Notes: generated by a model not told the origin, from the letters alone. Shown: positions 51,004 through 63,848, counted from the first letter of the stretch. The stretch: 64,000 nucleotides of DNA from Eledone cirrhosa (GCA_964016885.1 OZ024742.1:320354001-320418000), one strand, 5' to 3'. A program made the numbers and translations.

Positions 51004-54000
51004 CTAGTATTAAAGCCCGGCATTGCTCGGGGTCAGTAAGTTACCAAAGTTAGGTTGCACCACTCATTTTATGGCAGCACTTTTTTGTCTGCCAGGTACT
51101 GGTTGAATGAATTGCAAACCTGCACTGCCGAAGCAGGAGCTGCGCCAGCAGTGACAATTGTAGTTTCGCCTATTGGTATTATCTCTGTGCAAAGAAGTGT
51201 TTAAATTTATTGTTTCACAGTACTTGCGCAACACGCGCGTAGACGATGCCAGCCGAACAACAGAGCTGCGATGGAGTTGTTCTGCATGACATGTTTTAAC
51301 GGTGGAGGGAGTGGATTGGGGGAACCGCAAACGGGGGCCTGAAAACATTGTTGAATTATGACAACCAAAAAAGAGGAAGAGGGGTCATTGTATGGTTGGT
51401 GCATCATGTACGTCGGACGTAGAAGATGAGCCTGCTGCTGTGCCGACGGAGGGAGGGAAATAGAGCTGAGCGGAGGCCAGGTGTTGGTGAAGTGTGAAGT
51501 AATTGCAGGGAACCGCCTAAAAGTGTAAATCCCGTCATTAAAGCATTGTTCACCCTTTGAGAGTCGGACGGAGGTGAAATACTAACCTGTCCACGGTCCT
51601 CCGAGGCCCACCAAACGGGGGTTGGTGAGGAGCAACAGCTGATATTTGGGTAGGGTCGGAGTTGCAATGAAGCTTTGTAACGCCGCGAGAATCAGCCTTT
51701 GTACGGCAGATGGTGGGGAGTGTCCAGTGCATTGCAGTGAAGGTTAACCTACTTAGCAAGTACTCACGAAAAGGCAAAAAATAAAAAAATAAAAAAGTTA
51801 TAAAATTAGGAATAGAGGTAATCCTATAAAACCTCCTTGTACACAATGTTTTTTGTTTTTCCTTGCGGAACGAACGCGAAATCATCACTCTTGCTGCCGA
51901 CACGCGAGCAGCCAACGTAAAGCTGACCATGAGAGAAACACGGCTCCCCCAAATGTATTCCCGCGACAGACAGACTGTTTGTCCCTGCGCTTTGTTAATT
52001 GACATTGCGAAGCATGGCCTGACCGGGAACTGGGACCTCCGAAATGTGAAAGGTAGGTCTGCTCCTGATGGGAAAAGATGCATCCTCGGTATGAGCACAA
52101 TCTTGCCCCGACCGCACCCTGTGATTATCGTGGCCTCAATCAGATTGGGAGCTAAGGACTTAACGACCAAACGTGTGCCATTGCATTGTTTCGGCGGAAC
52201 CAAATTTCGAATGAGCACCAACTTTAAGTTTCAAAATGTGTGGGGGTAATCCGGGGGGGGGGGGGGGGGCTCAAAGGAATTTAGTACCTCTATTGGATAG
52301 TTGATGACGTCCTCGGGGTCAGGAGTTCTATCGATAGACATATACGTAGCGATCCCAGGAATGAGTTTTAGCATTTGATCATTAATATGGTTAACAGTTT
52401 TATTCCTCGGGGCCAGAATAGCCCTTTGGGCAAGCCAATCCATATTCTGATAATTTGCTTGGAGATCTGGGAACACTGCATCCCTGAGATCAGAAGGCGT
52501 ACTAACAACGGTACAAAGCGAGTCGATGGCAATATTACCCTTTTCATCCCCGGGCGTTTTGCCTTCGCCAAGTGCAAGGAGGGTGTGAGAAAATGCTGCT
52601 AATGCGATATCACCTCGCATGTTAGTGTGAAGTTTCAGAGGGGCCACAATGCGGATGACTTAAGACACGCACGTACTGCACCAGCTCTAGTCCTCTTAGG
52701 AATAACGGGAAGCGTTTGCCTGAAGTCCCCTGAAAGAAGAAGTGTTATGCCTCCCATTGGAGCCGTAGAGTCTTTGATGTCTCTCAGAGTGCTATCGAGC
52801 GCCTCAAGAGCACCTCTGTGGGCCATCGTGCATTCGTCCCAAACGATAAGCTTGCATCGTCTGAACACTTCTGCTTGATCGGAGCTCTTACTGATGTTGC
52901 AAGTGGGTGTCTCAGTCTTCGCTAAGTCAAGCGGGAGCTTGAAATAGGAGTGAGCTGTCCTGCCGCCCGGCAACAGAGTAGCCGCAATTCCAGATGATGC
53001 CACAGCTAAGGCAATTCCTTCTGTTCGCCTAATCTCAGCTAATATTAATTTGGTGACCAAAATTTTCCCAGTCCCCCCAGTAGCGTCCAGGAAAAAAATG
53101 CCCCCAGCTTTGCCCCGGACAGAATTAACAACGGAGTTGTAAGCGAATTTCTGTTCTGGAAGGAACTTTGGCTCATTCTCCGCTATGTACTGGGCAAGCT
53201 CGTCAACATTATAAGATGTCTCACGCACCAAATCCGAAGACAGAGTGTTTGAGCCTTCCCGGTTTGTTGAAGGTAAGCCATACACAGCCAACGCACTACC
53301 GCCCATATCGAGAACAGTATCTTCGATTTCAAGCAGCGCCCTCTTGTAAATGAGGTCACTGTACTCGACCTCCATCGATGGGTTTAGCAACTGAGTGTGA
53401 CGCAGGAAATCTTCAGACATGTAATCTTTGTAACTAAGCCATAAAGAGGCCGGATCACCCAAGTCGCACCATAGGAGTAGAATAGCGAAAAGCGATCTTA
53501 GTCTTTTAGGAGATTTCAACAAAACGCCCTCTGCCATAGTGGCGCCCCATTGTGAATCATCCTCCAAAAGGCCACGCCTAAAGCAGGCTTCCCGGAGAGT
53601 ATCACATAATTCATCGTCAACAGTTCTTATGCCTCGAAAGCTTTGTGGGCCAAAAACCTCATGGAGGAGAATGCGCAGGTGAAAACACTCATGCTAGTTG
53701 GGAGGTACAGTGTACACTCTTCCTAGACAACTGTCAAACTTGACACCAGGATGTCCTTCAACATCCTGACCCGACTTCCTACGCACCCAAGTGTTGTTTG
53801 ACCACACGTAGTAGGACGGGACCCGAGGATATGAAAGTGTTTTTGCAAATGTGTCAAGTTGGCAAAGCGTAAAAAAAACAGTCAAAGTTGTTTCTTTTGG
53901 ATTGGCCGCCAAATGAGCAGCAGTCTGTTCAGTTAAGTAAGCCCGCTGGCCGTTTTCCAAATGAACCGCTAGTTGTATGATGGCGGAGTGCCTTTGGTGA

Positions 54001-57000
54001 AGTGGAAACCCGAATATCCGTCAAAAAGCTTCACCACTGCCGATATATCGACCTGCCAAGTACTCCGAGACCTCGTCCCTGCTATTGTCGTTTTGAAGGC
54101 CGAACATGGCAGCGTCGGAACCCTTGTTAACATATTTACATATGTACTTTATCGACTTCACTGAATGACAGAACTCCACATTTATATGAGCGTTGAAAGT
54201 TTTCATCAGAAATGGACAGTACGGGACCACCCACCTATTATCAGCTTGATGACCCCGTAACGTCATAGTGAATCCACCGTTCTCAGGCCGCCTTCGTCTG
54301 TACAGTGGGTATCCGTCGCCACCGGTCTGGGTCTCCTCAACAAACCTCTTTGGGTATCGTTTAGTGCACACATGGTCCTTGTGGCATGAAGAGAACTCTT
54401 GAAAACCGGGACCGCACGGACCGCGCACCATGTGTGCCTTCACAATGTCGTACAGCTGCCGGTCAACAACGGGGTCCAGTATTTCCACTGCGATGACGTC
54501 ATCTATAACTGTAGAGTATTTTGGTGACCAACCAAACCAAAATGTGCGCGTGTGGCAACCCTCTCTTCTGCCACTCAACAGTATACATGTGGCACCTAAC
54601 AGGCCCGAAAACCTTCCCTTTTATTAGATCAATTAGCTTAGCCAGCTTCTGCCTGAAAACCCTGGCAATAATATCATGCCGATGGCAGTACTGCTGCCCT
54701 GGGATAAGTTCCCGCGTAACCTCAACCCACTTGGGGGTTACACGTAAACGTGATGAATAAATCGGGGCGCCCATAATGCCGAACGAACGTCATAGCGTCC
54801 TGTGTTCGCTCGTGCATGTACCCCCCCCCCCGTATAGGTTGGGGGAGAATGCACATTTTGCCGATGTTCCGGGGGGTCAGTTTCATTCCTGATGCCGTCA
54901 CGCAAATGGATGTAGGAGTCTGAGCGCAGTTGCTTCTAATTCAATTTTATGAAGTACAGTCTCTCCGACTCCATCTTTGCAGCCATGTCAACTGCAAGCT
55001 GGTGAAACAGTTCCCGTGACCTGTGAAGGGTGCTGAAATTGTTAGGCCTCGTCATGAAGCGGTATGAGTATAAAGCAATGCCTGAAACAGTTTTAGATGT
55101 CGCAGCAGTGGGCTCGTTTGGTTTGCGCTGAGGAATGCCGAAATGGTACCCGTCTTCTCCGTATTCAAAAAGAAGGGGATACTGCAGGGCGTCGTATGAA
55201 CAATGCGTCTCATTAATACGTCGAAGACCACTGTCACGACTTTGAAGAACTATGTCCCGCTTATTTTGCTGTTCACCATGGATAACTACGGCCACTTCAT
55301 TGCACGAAGGAGCGTTATAAAGGCGGGCGTTCTCCCCAGAAGGTCTTTTGTCAGCATCGATGACAATGGTGAAGTTTGGTGAAGGATTTGTTTCCAATGC
55401 GTATTTGAAACTGCGAATATAACTTGTGCTCATGAAGCATGTTTTGAAGACCGAGCAGCACGTCCCTTTCAAAAGTGTCAGCGTTGGAATAACGCGGAAC
55501 CGCGCATCAACTTGTCTACTATAGTTAGAAATGAAGTAAATTTGAAGGAACGAAGGCTTGCAATTTTGTAGTGGCTGGAGCAACCCAATAAGATGGTATA
55601 CTGCCCCTGGACCTTGAAAGTAGGCATCCAACCACTTTCTCTGACAACGTTAGCACGGAAAGAAGTCATTTGAAATGCACAATTGTACTTCCTGATGAGT
55701 TGAAGGAATTTGGATGACCTTGAGGTAGAACCAGTAAGTAGTTCCTTCAAAGGCTCTGGTGGTTCCCCCAAGAGGGGGCAAGCTGACCTTACCGTTTAAG
55801 CAGCACATTGCAGGTGGCTCCCTAGCCCACTTTTTAGAAATTTGCAATTGAAGCGCATTCCCCTATATTTATGTCGGCACGCATCGAGTAGTTAACGTTG
55901 GGCTCATACTTGAAAGCCCGTAGGTGCCAGTATGGGCTGTTGGGGCTCGTCACACCGCGGGCAGCTTCTTGTCGTCGACTGTTCCGCTCCAACGTAGAAT
56001 GTTGCTCCTGTGGGTCGTGGAAAACTCTCGCAGCAGTAGCAGAAGCCACCCTTGCAATCCTAATGGAGCGCCCGTCTGCATCTTCAGAAGCCATGGAAGC
56101 AGTCATAGCCGCAGCGTTCCTAGCAAGGCGATTCGTCCACCGTTCCAAACCTTCCAAAGCCATGGAAGCAGTCATAGCCGCAGCATTCCTAGCAAGGCAA
56201 TTCGTCCGCCGTTCCAAACCTTCCAAAGCCCTGGAAGCAGCAGTAGCCGCAGCGTTTCTAGTCAGTCGAGCGCCCTTTGTTCCGGGCCCTCTGAAGCCCT
56301 GGAAGTAGCAGTAGAAGCGTTTTTTTTTTTGGAATGACGTATCGCCCGCTCTGAATCGCACATCGCAGCACGTCTCGAGGCGTCGCATGAAGCCATCTTG
56401 GCTAGGCGTGCGGTGCGTTGTTGAAAACTTTCAGCAGCTCTGCATTCCGCTGAACGTAAGGCGCTCTGTGAAAGTCTTAAAGCAGTTTCCTCGGGGGACT
56501 CGTTTGCTGTAATCGCCCTCTGCGCCGCCGCTGACACGGTATGGCGACGGAGTCGACTTCTCTTTTTAGGTGGCATTTTATGTGAAAAAGAAAGGGTGAA
56601 AGTTACTTCTACAGCAAAATTGCCTTTGAAAGTATAAGGCTGAAAACTGTCTGCGTTCCGCAGGGGAAAAATGGAAGAACGAACGGCAAATAAATAACTC
56701 ACAGTTTGTTGAAAGCGCGCTTCTGTCAGCAATTTGAAGTTGTTTGGCCAAAAATCCCTATGTGGTTTTTTTTTTTCACTCAATAAACGTGTAAATATGT
56801 TATATTGTGTGTGAGTTGGATGATAGATGTTTTTAAAAAAGATTTTAAGCGTATATAAGAGATTGTTGAATAAATTTATCTGTTGCTTTTGAATAATTGT
56901 AGTTTGGTATAAAATGTAAGCGTCATGTATTTAACGTTTGTCTCTGTCTCTCACTCTCTAGCTCACTCCTTTATCTTTTTCTCTCTCTCTAAAGGAAATT

Positions 57001-57023
57001 AGTAAGGAGTGAGTAGGTTGCGG

Positions 57024-57056
<33 letters not shown>

Positions 57057-57309
57057 CCGATTTTTAAGGGGTGTTAGGCAGAGTAATCAGAAGGTATTAT
57101 AGGGGGTAAAGCGTCATGTATTTAGTTTTATCGATTATTTCCGTAATTGTGGGCGAGTTTGAATGAAATAAATAGTCATTGACCTAAGTTAGACCATTTA
57201 CAATATTCTTACAGACTTTGAGTCGAAAATCGGTTTGAAATTGTGCAAATGTATAAACATGGAACATGTGTACACACACACACACCAACAACAACCTGCC
57301 TTTTATAGA
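51004..57309 (-). mobile_element. Full-length Helitron (rolling-circle transposon)
   Basis: 5' end A|TCTATAAAAGG at 57309. 3' hairpin cccgagcaatgccggg followed by CTAG|T at 51004. Inserted at an AT dinucleotide, with RepHel coding sequence inside. Confidence 0.92.
51824..56576 (-). pseudogene. Helitron RepHel: STPR-like repeats, zinc-binding motif, HUH Rep and Pif1 helicase; about 1580 codons with multiple frameshifts
   Basis: MPPKKRSR start; CCLNGKV; YNCAFQMTSF; YDALQYPL; VEWQKRGLPHAHIL (HUH); YICKYVNKG; GGTGKI; IVWDECTM; GDFRQ; QFPVRPCFAMSINKAQGQT; NIVYKEVL*. Confidence 0.93.
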
Positions 57310-57456
57310 TAATGATGCCGCTGTGAATATGTAGTTTCCAGCACTGTATTTTTGCCTATGGGCCTACTAATTTATATAAATGGTTTAATGATCCAGCTAC
57401 CAGTGTTTCTCACCCATGATAATCAAAGACAGATCTGTAGCAAGAGTTGCCTCCCT

Positions 57457-57819
57457 TGTTGTGACGATGACATCACCAATAGAGTAATGCTCTCTAGACA
57501 GGAAGTAGCTGGAGTTGCTTCCCGTTGGGGTGGCAGAGCCCTTTTTGTCACTTCCGCCCCAAGACCTATAAAGGGAATAACTTTCAGCTCTCTCTCTCAT
57601 TTGCCTTTCGGCTCCTGGCCTTCTAACCTGCCTGGCCCTTCGGCCAGGCGCGTTCCTCTGGCAACCCTAACATGGCCTCTTGCGAGCTAACTTCAAAACG
57701 GTAACAAATAACTTTACTTCATTCTTTCATCTACTACTTGTAACAAATAACACTTCCTTCTCCAAGCATAGATTCGAAACCGAATCCAAGAATTCTCGCT
57801 GTTCAAAATCACGACGACA
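57457..57819 (+). mobile_element. Possible solo LTR
   Basis: TGTTGTGA...CACGACGACA termini, an internal TATAAA followed by a CT-rich tract, then GGCGCC. No clear TSD. Confidence 0.35.
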
Positions 57820-58504
57820 GGCGCCAAAGAAAGGTTTTTTTCTTTGTCCTGTCAAAAAGTGATTGATCGCCTCCCTTTGACCTACGACCTTAGCTAGGTC
57901 AAGCCAAAGTCAAATTGACCGAAGGACGTAGAAACTCTGTTGCGGTATGTCTATCATTCTAGCCACCGCAACATTATATATATGAGAGTCAAGGGAAACC
58001 CAAAGACAGAGAGCTGGTCTGACACCACACAGAGAGACCTACTGTGTCAGATGAACTACACACACACACTCACACAAACATATTCATTCTAACACACCAG
58101 TTCCACAAATGTATCCTGGTTCTATTTTCTAACAGCTCGTAGCAGTTGTCAACATAAACATTTTTGTATGTAGTAAAGCATGATGTGTACATAACCACAA
58201 ATTAAGTTCCAGTGAAATAAATTATTTTTATAATGAATCCATTCACCTACTTATTCATTTTTCCGGCATACACATGGCTTATCAATATTTCACCATTATA
58301 CATACTCATTGACATGTCAACTATACTGTTCTACATAACTGCAAATTGTTAATTAAACTTTATATACACAATCGAGCATCTTTGTTATATTAATACAATC
58401 CAGTATTTTGTTATAGATCATTCATCTAAAGAAGTTTCTTTTTTTCACTCTCTGACAATAGCTTAAAATCAGGTGACGGTGTTAAAATTTGTTTCCTTTA
58501 GAAG

Positions 58505-58600
58505 GGCGTGCAGCAGGCGGCCCGTGGGCCACAATCCGGCCCGTGGGCCACAATCCGGCCCGCCAGACCAGTCAGAGTGATCCGCGATGACCGTTTTTAG
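58505..58600. mobile_element. hAT-type subterminal repeat fragment
   Basis: Tandem ggcccgtgggccacaatcc x2, similar to hAT subterminal GGCCCG motifs. Confidence 0.5.
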
Positions 58601-59394
58601 ACATTTAGGATTGTTTTCGTAACCGTAATACTAAAGGGCTTCACTGATAGCGTTATGTGTATTATAACACACATCTGTCGTTCATTAGGACTGTGTTCAA
58701 GTCAAGCTGTATGCATTTCTTTTTCTTGATGAAAATAAGGTTTATATTATGGCGTATTAAGATTACGTAGACATACTGTAATAGTATAATATAGATAGAT
58801 TATACCTTTGATTTTGTTCCATAGTCAAAACTGTTTACTTCTTGACGTAAACAAAAAGAAAAATAGATAACTCTCAAGGTAGAAAAGGTGACAAATATAT
58901 AGATATATATATATATATACTTTTCAAAGATGTTCTTTCCCAAGACTGCACTTTCGGTTCTATCAGTAGCGTAGCTAGAGTGTGTGCCGCTCGGAGTAGC
59001 CATTGAATTTGCCTCCCCCTCCTTCCTGGCTCCCCACATACTTAAAGTGCTTCCCCCATAAAAAGTGCTAGAAACTGCAACTGGTTCCCTCGTATTACTT
59101 TTTCAAAAAGTTGGGGAGCGCACCACATAATGTGGTCCAGGGTACATTATGCCTGAAAAGACGGGATGGTTATGACCAAAAGGGTTTTGGTTGTTTGCTT
59201 AATCAGAGCTGATACGAGGCTAAACAACACTTCCTTTTCTAAGGGATTGAATCAGCTGGGTATGTTTCTTTCACACTATCAAGCAGCCATCACGAAGCTG
59301 ACCGTTATAGCCTCATAGATAAGTTTCCATTGTGAATCGGCTTTTGAGTCGCCAATATGTCAGATTTTGACATATCAAATGGCCATCTGCTCAT

Positions 59395-59670
59395 TCTCGT
59401 TTCCCGGAGACAACAAGCGCCCCGACGGAATTACCCTCTTCCCTTTCGAAGGAGGTAGATCCCTCATTTGGGACGCTACATGTGACACGTTCTCTCGCCC
59501 CAACTTTGTCGCTTCGGTCACAAACTCCGGTACAGCGGCCTGCAATGCAGAGGACAGGAAGGCAAGCAAATACCGGGCTTGTCCAGCCGCTTCCTCTTCG
59601 CACCGGTCGCCGTCAAGGCCTCAGGTGTCATTGAACCCCCTACTGCCGAGCTCCTCCGTAAAATCGGATC
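59395..59670 (+). mobile_element. CRE-like non-LTR REL endonuclease fragment
   Basis: GDNKRPDGITLFPFEGGRSLIWDATCDTF...GTAACNAEDRKASKY. Confidence 0.85.
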
Positions 59671-60329
59671 GTCAGGAATAACTCGATAAAATTATGTAGC
59701 ATGATATATATTATTTCGACCCAGCTTAACTATGATTAAAGGCGTTCCGGTCTTGTCGCTGTGAAAGGCCCCTTAACTCCACGGGTCTTCATGGGCTGTC
59801 TTACCGTTTGAACCTAATTATGAAACGGGCCCTCACTAGTCAGTATTCCCTCAATTCTAGAGCCAGCTGAATTGTCCAGGGTTGATGAGAGGAGGTCAGA
59901 CTGTCTTACCCTTTGCCACTGGGTAAGAGGTAGCTGTCTTATTAGGGGAACCACAGTTACGACTCTTTTGCTCTCTCCCACATCATGGATGGTGTGGCGA
60001 ATGTTAGAGTCACCGCATACGTAGCCGAACGGAATGTAATTCTGAAATACCAGGAATTATCGGCAAACTAATTTTTTTAGCTTGTGGCGTTCGATATGTT
60101 TTTGGAAAGCTGAGCCGCTGACAACGAGGTTCTTGTCGTTGCTGATAACTTGTCTTACCGACATATCAGGCGATACCCGCGAGGGAGCTTGATTGTTCCA
60201 ACGTCTTAGATAGCTATTACACGCGGCAATAATGCGAGTGTGTTAGCTTGCCTAAAGCATATTAGAGAGAGACTCCAGAACCCCTTGTGGCCTGTTATTG
60301 AGTGTGCCTGTCTCCCTCTCCTCTCTCTC

Positions 60330-60560
60330 TCACACACACACGCGTACGCACGTGATAGCTGTCCACTCGTCAGACGAGCATGGCCATCGCTGAGATTGAC
60401 TCACAGTTGGTTATTCCACGAATGTGATGGGCAATGATTTTTTAAGCCAGCGAGAGACTTCAAGAGTTTGCCACAAAGTCTACAAACTAAGTCCGAATCT
60501 ATATTTACAACCTGATGGTTAACAGCAGCACTAACGTCGTATGATACAGAATAGAATTGC
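60330..60560 (-). mobile_element. LINE 3' fragment with a terminal C2H2-like zinc finger (RTE-like)
   Basis: LVCRLCGKLLKSLAGLKNH...H, then a stop, a short UTR and a (TG)/(AG) tail. Confidence 0.5.
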
Positions 60561-60669
60561 AAACAGAATATATATTTTTTAAATCTCTTAAATGCATCAC
60601 CAGTTATAGCAACTAGAGAAATTCTCACCGTTGAACATGATTTCAACATTAATACTGAGGCTGAAATAG

Positions 60670-60812
60670 AGGCGGCTATTAAAGCTCCCGGGTTGGTGAC
60701 TTTGAATATGCAGACGATATCGGCCTGTTGGAGAATGAATTTGAAATCAGTCAAAAACAACTTGACACTGGCCTCTACAGCTAAAGATGTATATCTGTTA
60801 ATTAACAGACAA
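60670..60812 (+). mobile_element. LINE reverse transcriptase fragment
   Basis: Manual translation RVGDFEYADDIGLLENEFEISQKQLDT..STAKDVYLLIN. Confidence 0.7.
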
Positions 60813-60814
60813 AA

Positions 60815-61930
60815 CAATCCGGTATGCTGCCACACAACCTTGAATTGGAGACGGGCACAGTCACCATGCTTCACAGAAACCTGGATCAGCCAAGACTGTG
60901 CAATGGGGCGCGTATGGTTGTGACTGAATTATCAAAACCAAAATTCTCATTGAATGTGGTATGGGAGACATCGTATTTATGCCTAGAATACTGGTAATAC
61001 CAAAAGATGTCCCCTTTCGTTTCAAATGATTGCAATTCCCAGTGAGGGGCAGTTGCACAATGGCCATTAATAAGTCCCGAAATCAAACCCTGCAGGTTGT
61101 CGGTCTCCATCTAGAAGAGGGATGTTTCTCACATGGTCAAATGTATGTGGGTTATTCCTGACTAAGAAGACCCCACAAACTTTTCATATATGCTCCAAAG
61201 AAAAAAGTTAAAAACATTGTATATACTGAAGTTCTGCAAATGTTTTATAATTTTCGTAGAATACATTTTTCTGTTATTTTCTTTCTTTATTATATATCAC
61301 CTTTTCTGAAAATGGAATGGGGGACAGAGGAAAACTCCGGATTTTCCCAGCCTCAGATTTCTTCAGTGTGAATAACAGAGGCAGGAAGGGAGGGGGACAC
61401 TCAGTTACAGATAAGTGCCTCTCAGCCGTTTAAATTTATAGAACAGCAATTCCTCGATATTGAAGGATGTTTTGAGCCTTCGTCATTTTGTACTGTTGTA
61501 GGTTGTAAGCTTAATTAATTAATTGTCCCCAATTTAAAAATCAACCATTCCACCGAGGAGTGACAGTGTAAAAAAAGCAATCCTTGCTCTCCAAAACATC
61601 ACAGTTAAGGCCATCAACAAAATCTCTCACAAATGATCTCGGGGGGGGGGGGGGGGGGGGTTAGCCAAACCCATAAATCTATTGATGCTAAAATCATTGT
61701 ATATACTGAAGTTCAATAAATGTTTTATATTATTCGTAGAATACATTTTTCTATTATCTTTCTTACTTTCTGTATTTAGATATCCTAAATAGATTTTTAA
61801 AATTATGTTATGCAATATTTAAATACCTTTTAATTTTATTTTATTCTAAGGAAAATGGACATTACGACAGATGATAATTGGAACCTTATGAATAGATTTG
61901 AGCACTGTACAGAACTAGAGGCCGCTAGTG
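60815..61930 (+). mobile_element. Second, older Helitron 3' fragment (Pif1 C-terminus), with a local duplication of 61210-61280 at 61690-61760
   Basis: RNLDQPRLCNGARMVV...IPKDVPFRFK*LQFPVR...INKS..QTLQVVGLHLEEGCFSHGQMYV...KNIVYTEVL. Possible CTAG end near 61925. Confidence 0.8.
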
Positions 61931-62058
61931 TATGCGCGCGCGCGCACACACGCACACGCTTTTCTTAATAACTGCATTGATTCTTTTTTTTCGGGTAAAC
62001 TGATAGCTGACTTTTCAAAGAATACTTCAAAAGTAACTAGTTGTGACTTCTCTTGAAA

Positions 62059-62560
62059 ATGGACAAAATATGGCATCGTAGTGTTATCAAGTACCTGCAA
62101 AAAAAGGGTTTAACCCCCACTCCTATCCAAGGACATTCATGCTGACATGGTTGCTACAATTTGGGGATGACGTTCCAGCTTTATCAACAGTGCAAAAGTA
62201 GGCAGCTGAATTTAAGAGAAGGGAGAGTTTTGAAGATAACCAAGGTCTGTACGGCCTGCAACAGCCACCACAGGAAAACATTGATCATGTTCACCACATG
62301 GTGATGGATGATAGGTGATTGACTAAATCAAATAGCTAATGCTATTAGCATATCCCGCGAAAGAGTTGAGAATATTCTCCACATTGAACTTGGCATGACG
62401 AAGGTTTCTGCTCGGTTGGTGCCACGTCTTCCGACACCCGATCAAAAGCGCACCAGGTTGATCACATCACAGGAGAATCTGACATTGTTTGGAGGCAGAC
62501 CCAGCTGGTTTCCTCGAACGTTTTCTAATCCAGGACGAGTGTTGGGTTCATCACTGAACC
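62059..62560 (+). pseudogene. Mariner transposase fragment (HTH, WVPR linker and first catalytic Asp region)
   Basis: MDKIWHRSVIKYLQKKGLTP..DIHADMV...STVQK*AAEFKR...LGMTKVSARLVPRL.TPDQK.TR...FLERFLIQDECWV. Confidence 0.88.
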
Positions 62561-63848
62561 AGAGACAACGAGACAATACATGTAGTAAATTTATATATAT
62601 AAAGTCCCGGGTTCACCATGCTTTTCGTGATGATTTCCTACGAATGAAATAGTTCTAGTCCTGTAGAAACCATTTCTATATTAAATTTGTTGTATACACT
62701 ACAGTATTGAGTACCTTACTTACTGAGGTCACCCCCGATTGAATCCAGAGCTATATATATATAAGCTAGCTTTGTTACAATTTCGTGGAGAAACCGAATA
62801 TTACTGATACCAACTGTATAACAATGTGCCATGTGCGATTAAAGAAATAACATTAATTCAAAATTATGAATATCATTCAAGTATCTTAGCTGATCGATGT
62901 CAGTTTAAATTTGAACACTGAAATAAAAACTATTTTGGATTCTAGTCTCATATGTTTGTTCATTAGTTCGAAGAAAATTTGATTTTAGCGTAGACATCGA
63001 TTATTGATTAATTGCACACATGGCAATACAATTAGCTCTTATTTCTCTTGGATCATTTTTATTGCGTGTTCTATTTTCTCTATATATATTATAAAACAGT
63101 CCATTTTTCTGAGATACGCGTGTTATTCAAGAATTAAAGGGACCTGTCCAAATCATCTCGTCCATATAAACATTATATAATGAATATGGTTTTCAAAAGA
63201 AACAAACAAAAATTAATGAGAAAAAAATAGAAAAAGAGACTACCGGATGTATCATTGTGCTAAGGTGAACGGGGCATTTTCCTGCCAAAAAAAAACTTAC
63301 GATGAATTTTTCAAATGTTTAGGGCCTCATAACTTAACTAGCACAGGGCCTCATTTGTCATAAATCCAGCACTGACAAGAGAAGACGTGCATACTCAATG
63401 ACACGCTACAGCGAAGATTACTGGCGTTACTTTCTAAAATTGTTTTAGACAAGTCAAAATTCATAGCATTGCCACGGATGATAAGCGAGGCTTAGGCGAT
63501 GGAATAGCCAAGCACTCTCACGAACTGCAAGGTTCATGACTGAACCAGAGCTAAACGGTGACAAGAAGGAAACACACGTTAGACCAAAAGTGCTCAAGGG
63601 GGGGGGGGGGGCATATGCACCCCGGGGCGTTTGGGAGCAAGGGGGCGTTAGGGAGCTTTGGGGGAGCGCTAGGGGGACAGCCAGTTAGAATTCTGTCTTT
63701 CCTTCACCGATAACAATGTATTTCATGTCTGAAATTACTGATTCAACCGTAACGAGTTAACACTATGTAGATCTATGTTATTCCCTATTGTATAAATAAT
63801 ATTACAAATAAAAAAAAAAAAAAAAAAAAAAAAAAACAGAAGCGGGTA

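Noticed and set aside
59950-60012. HDV-like ribozyme suggested by GGCGAATG after a hairpin
   Set aside because: I could not place P1, P3/L3 and P1.1 in the required order. It is kept only as part of the general structured-region finding.
60401-60874. 157-aa ORF with a C2H2-like motif as a host zinc-finger gene
   Set aside because: It is a chimera across the antisense strands of Helitron and RT fragments plus a LINE tail, with a single finger and no splice structure.
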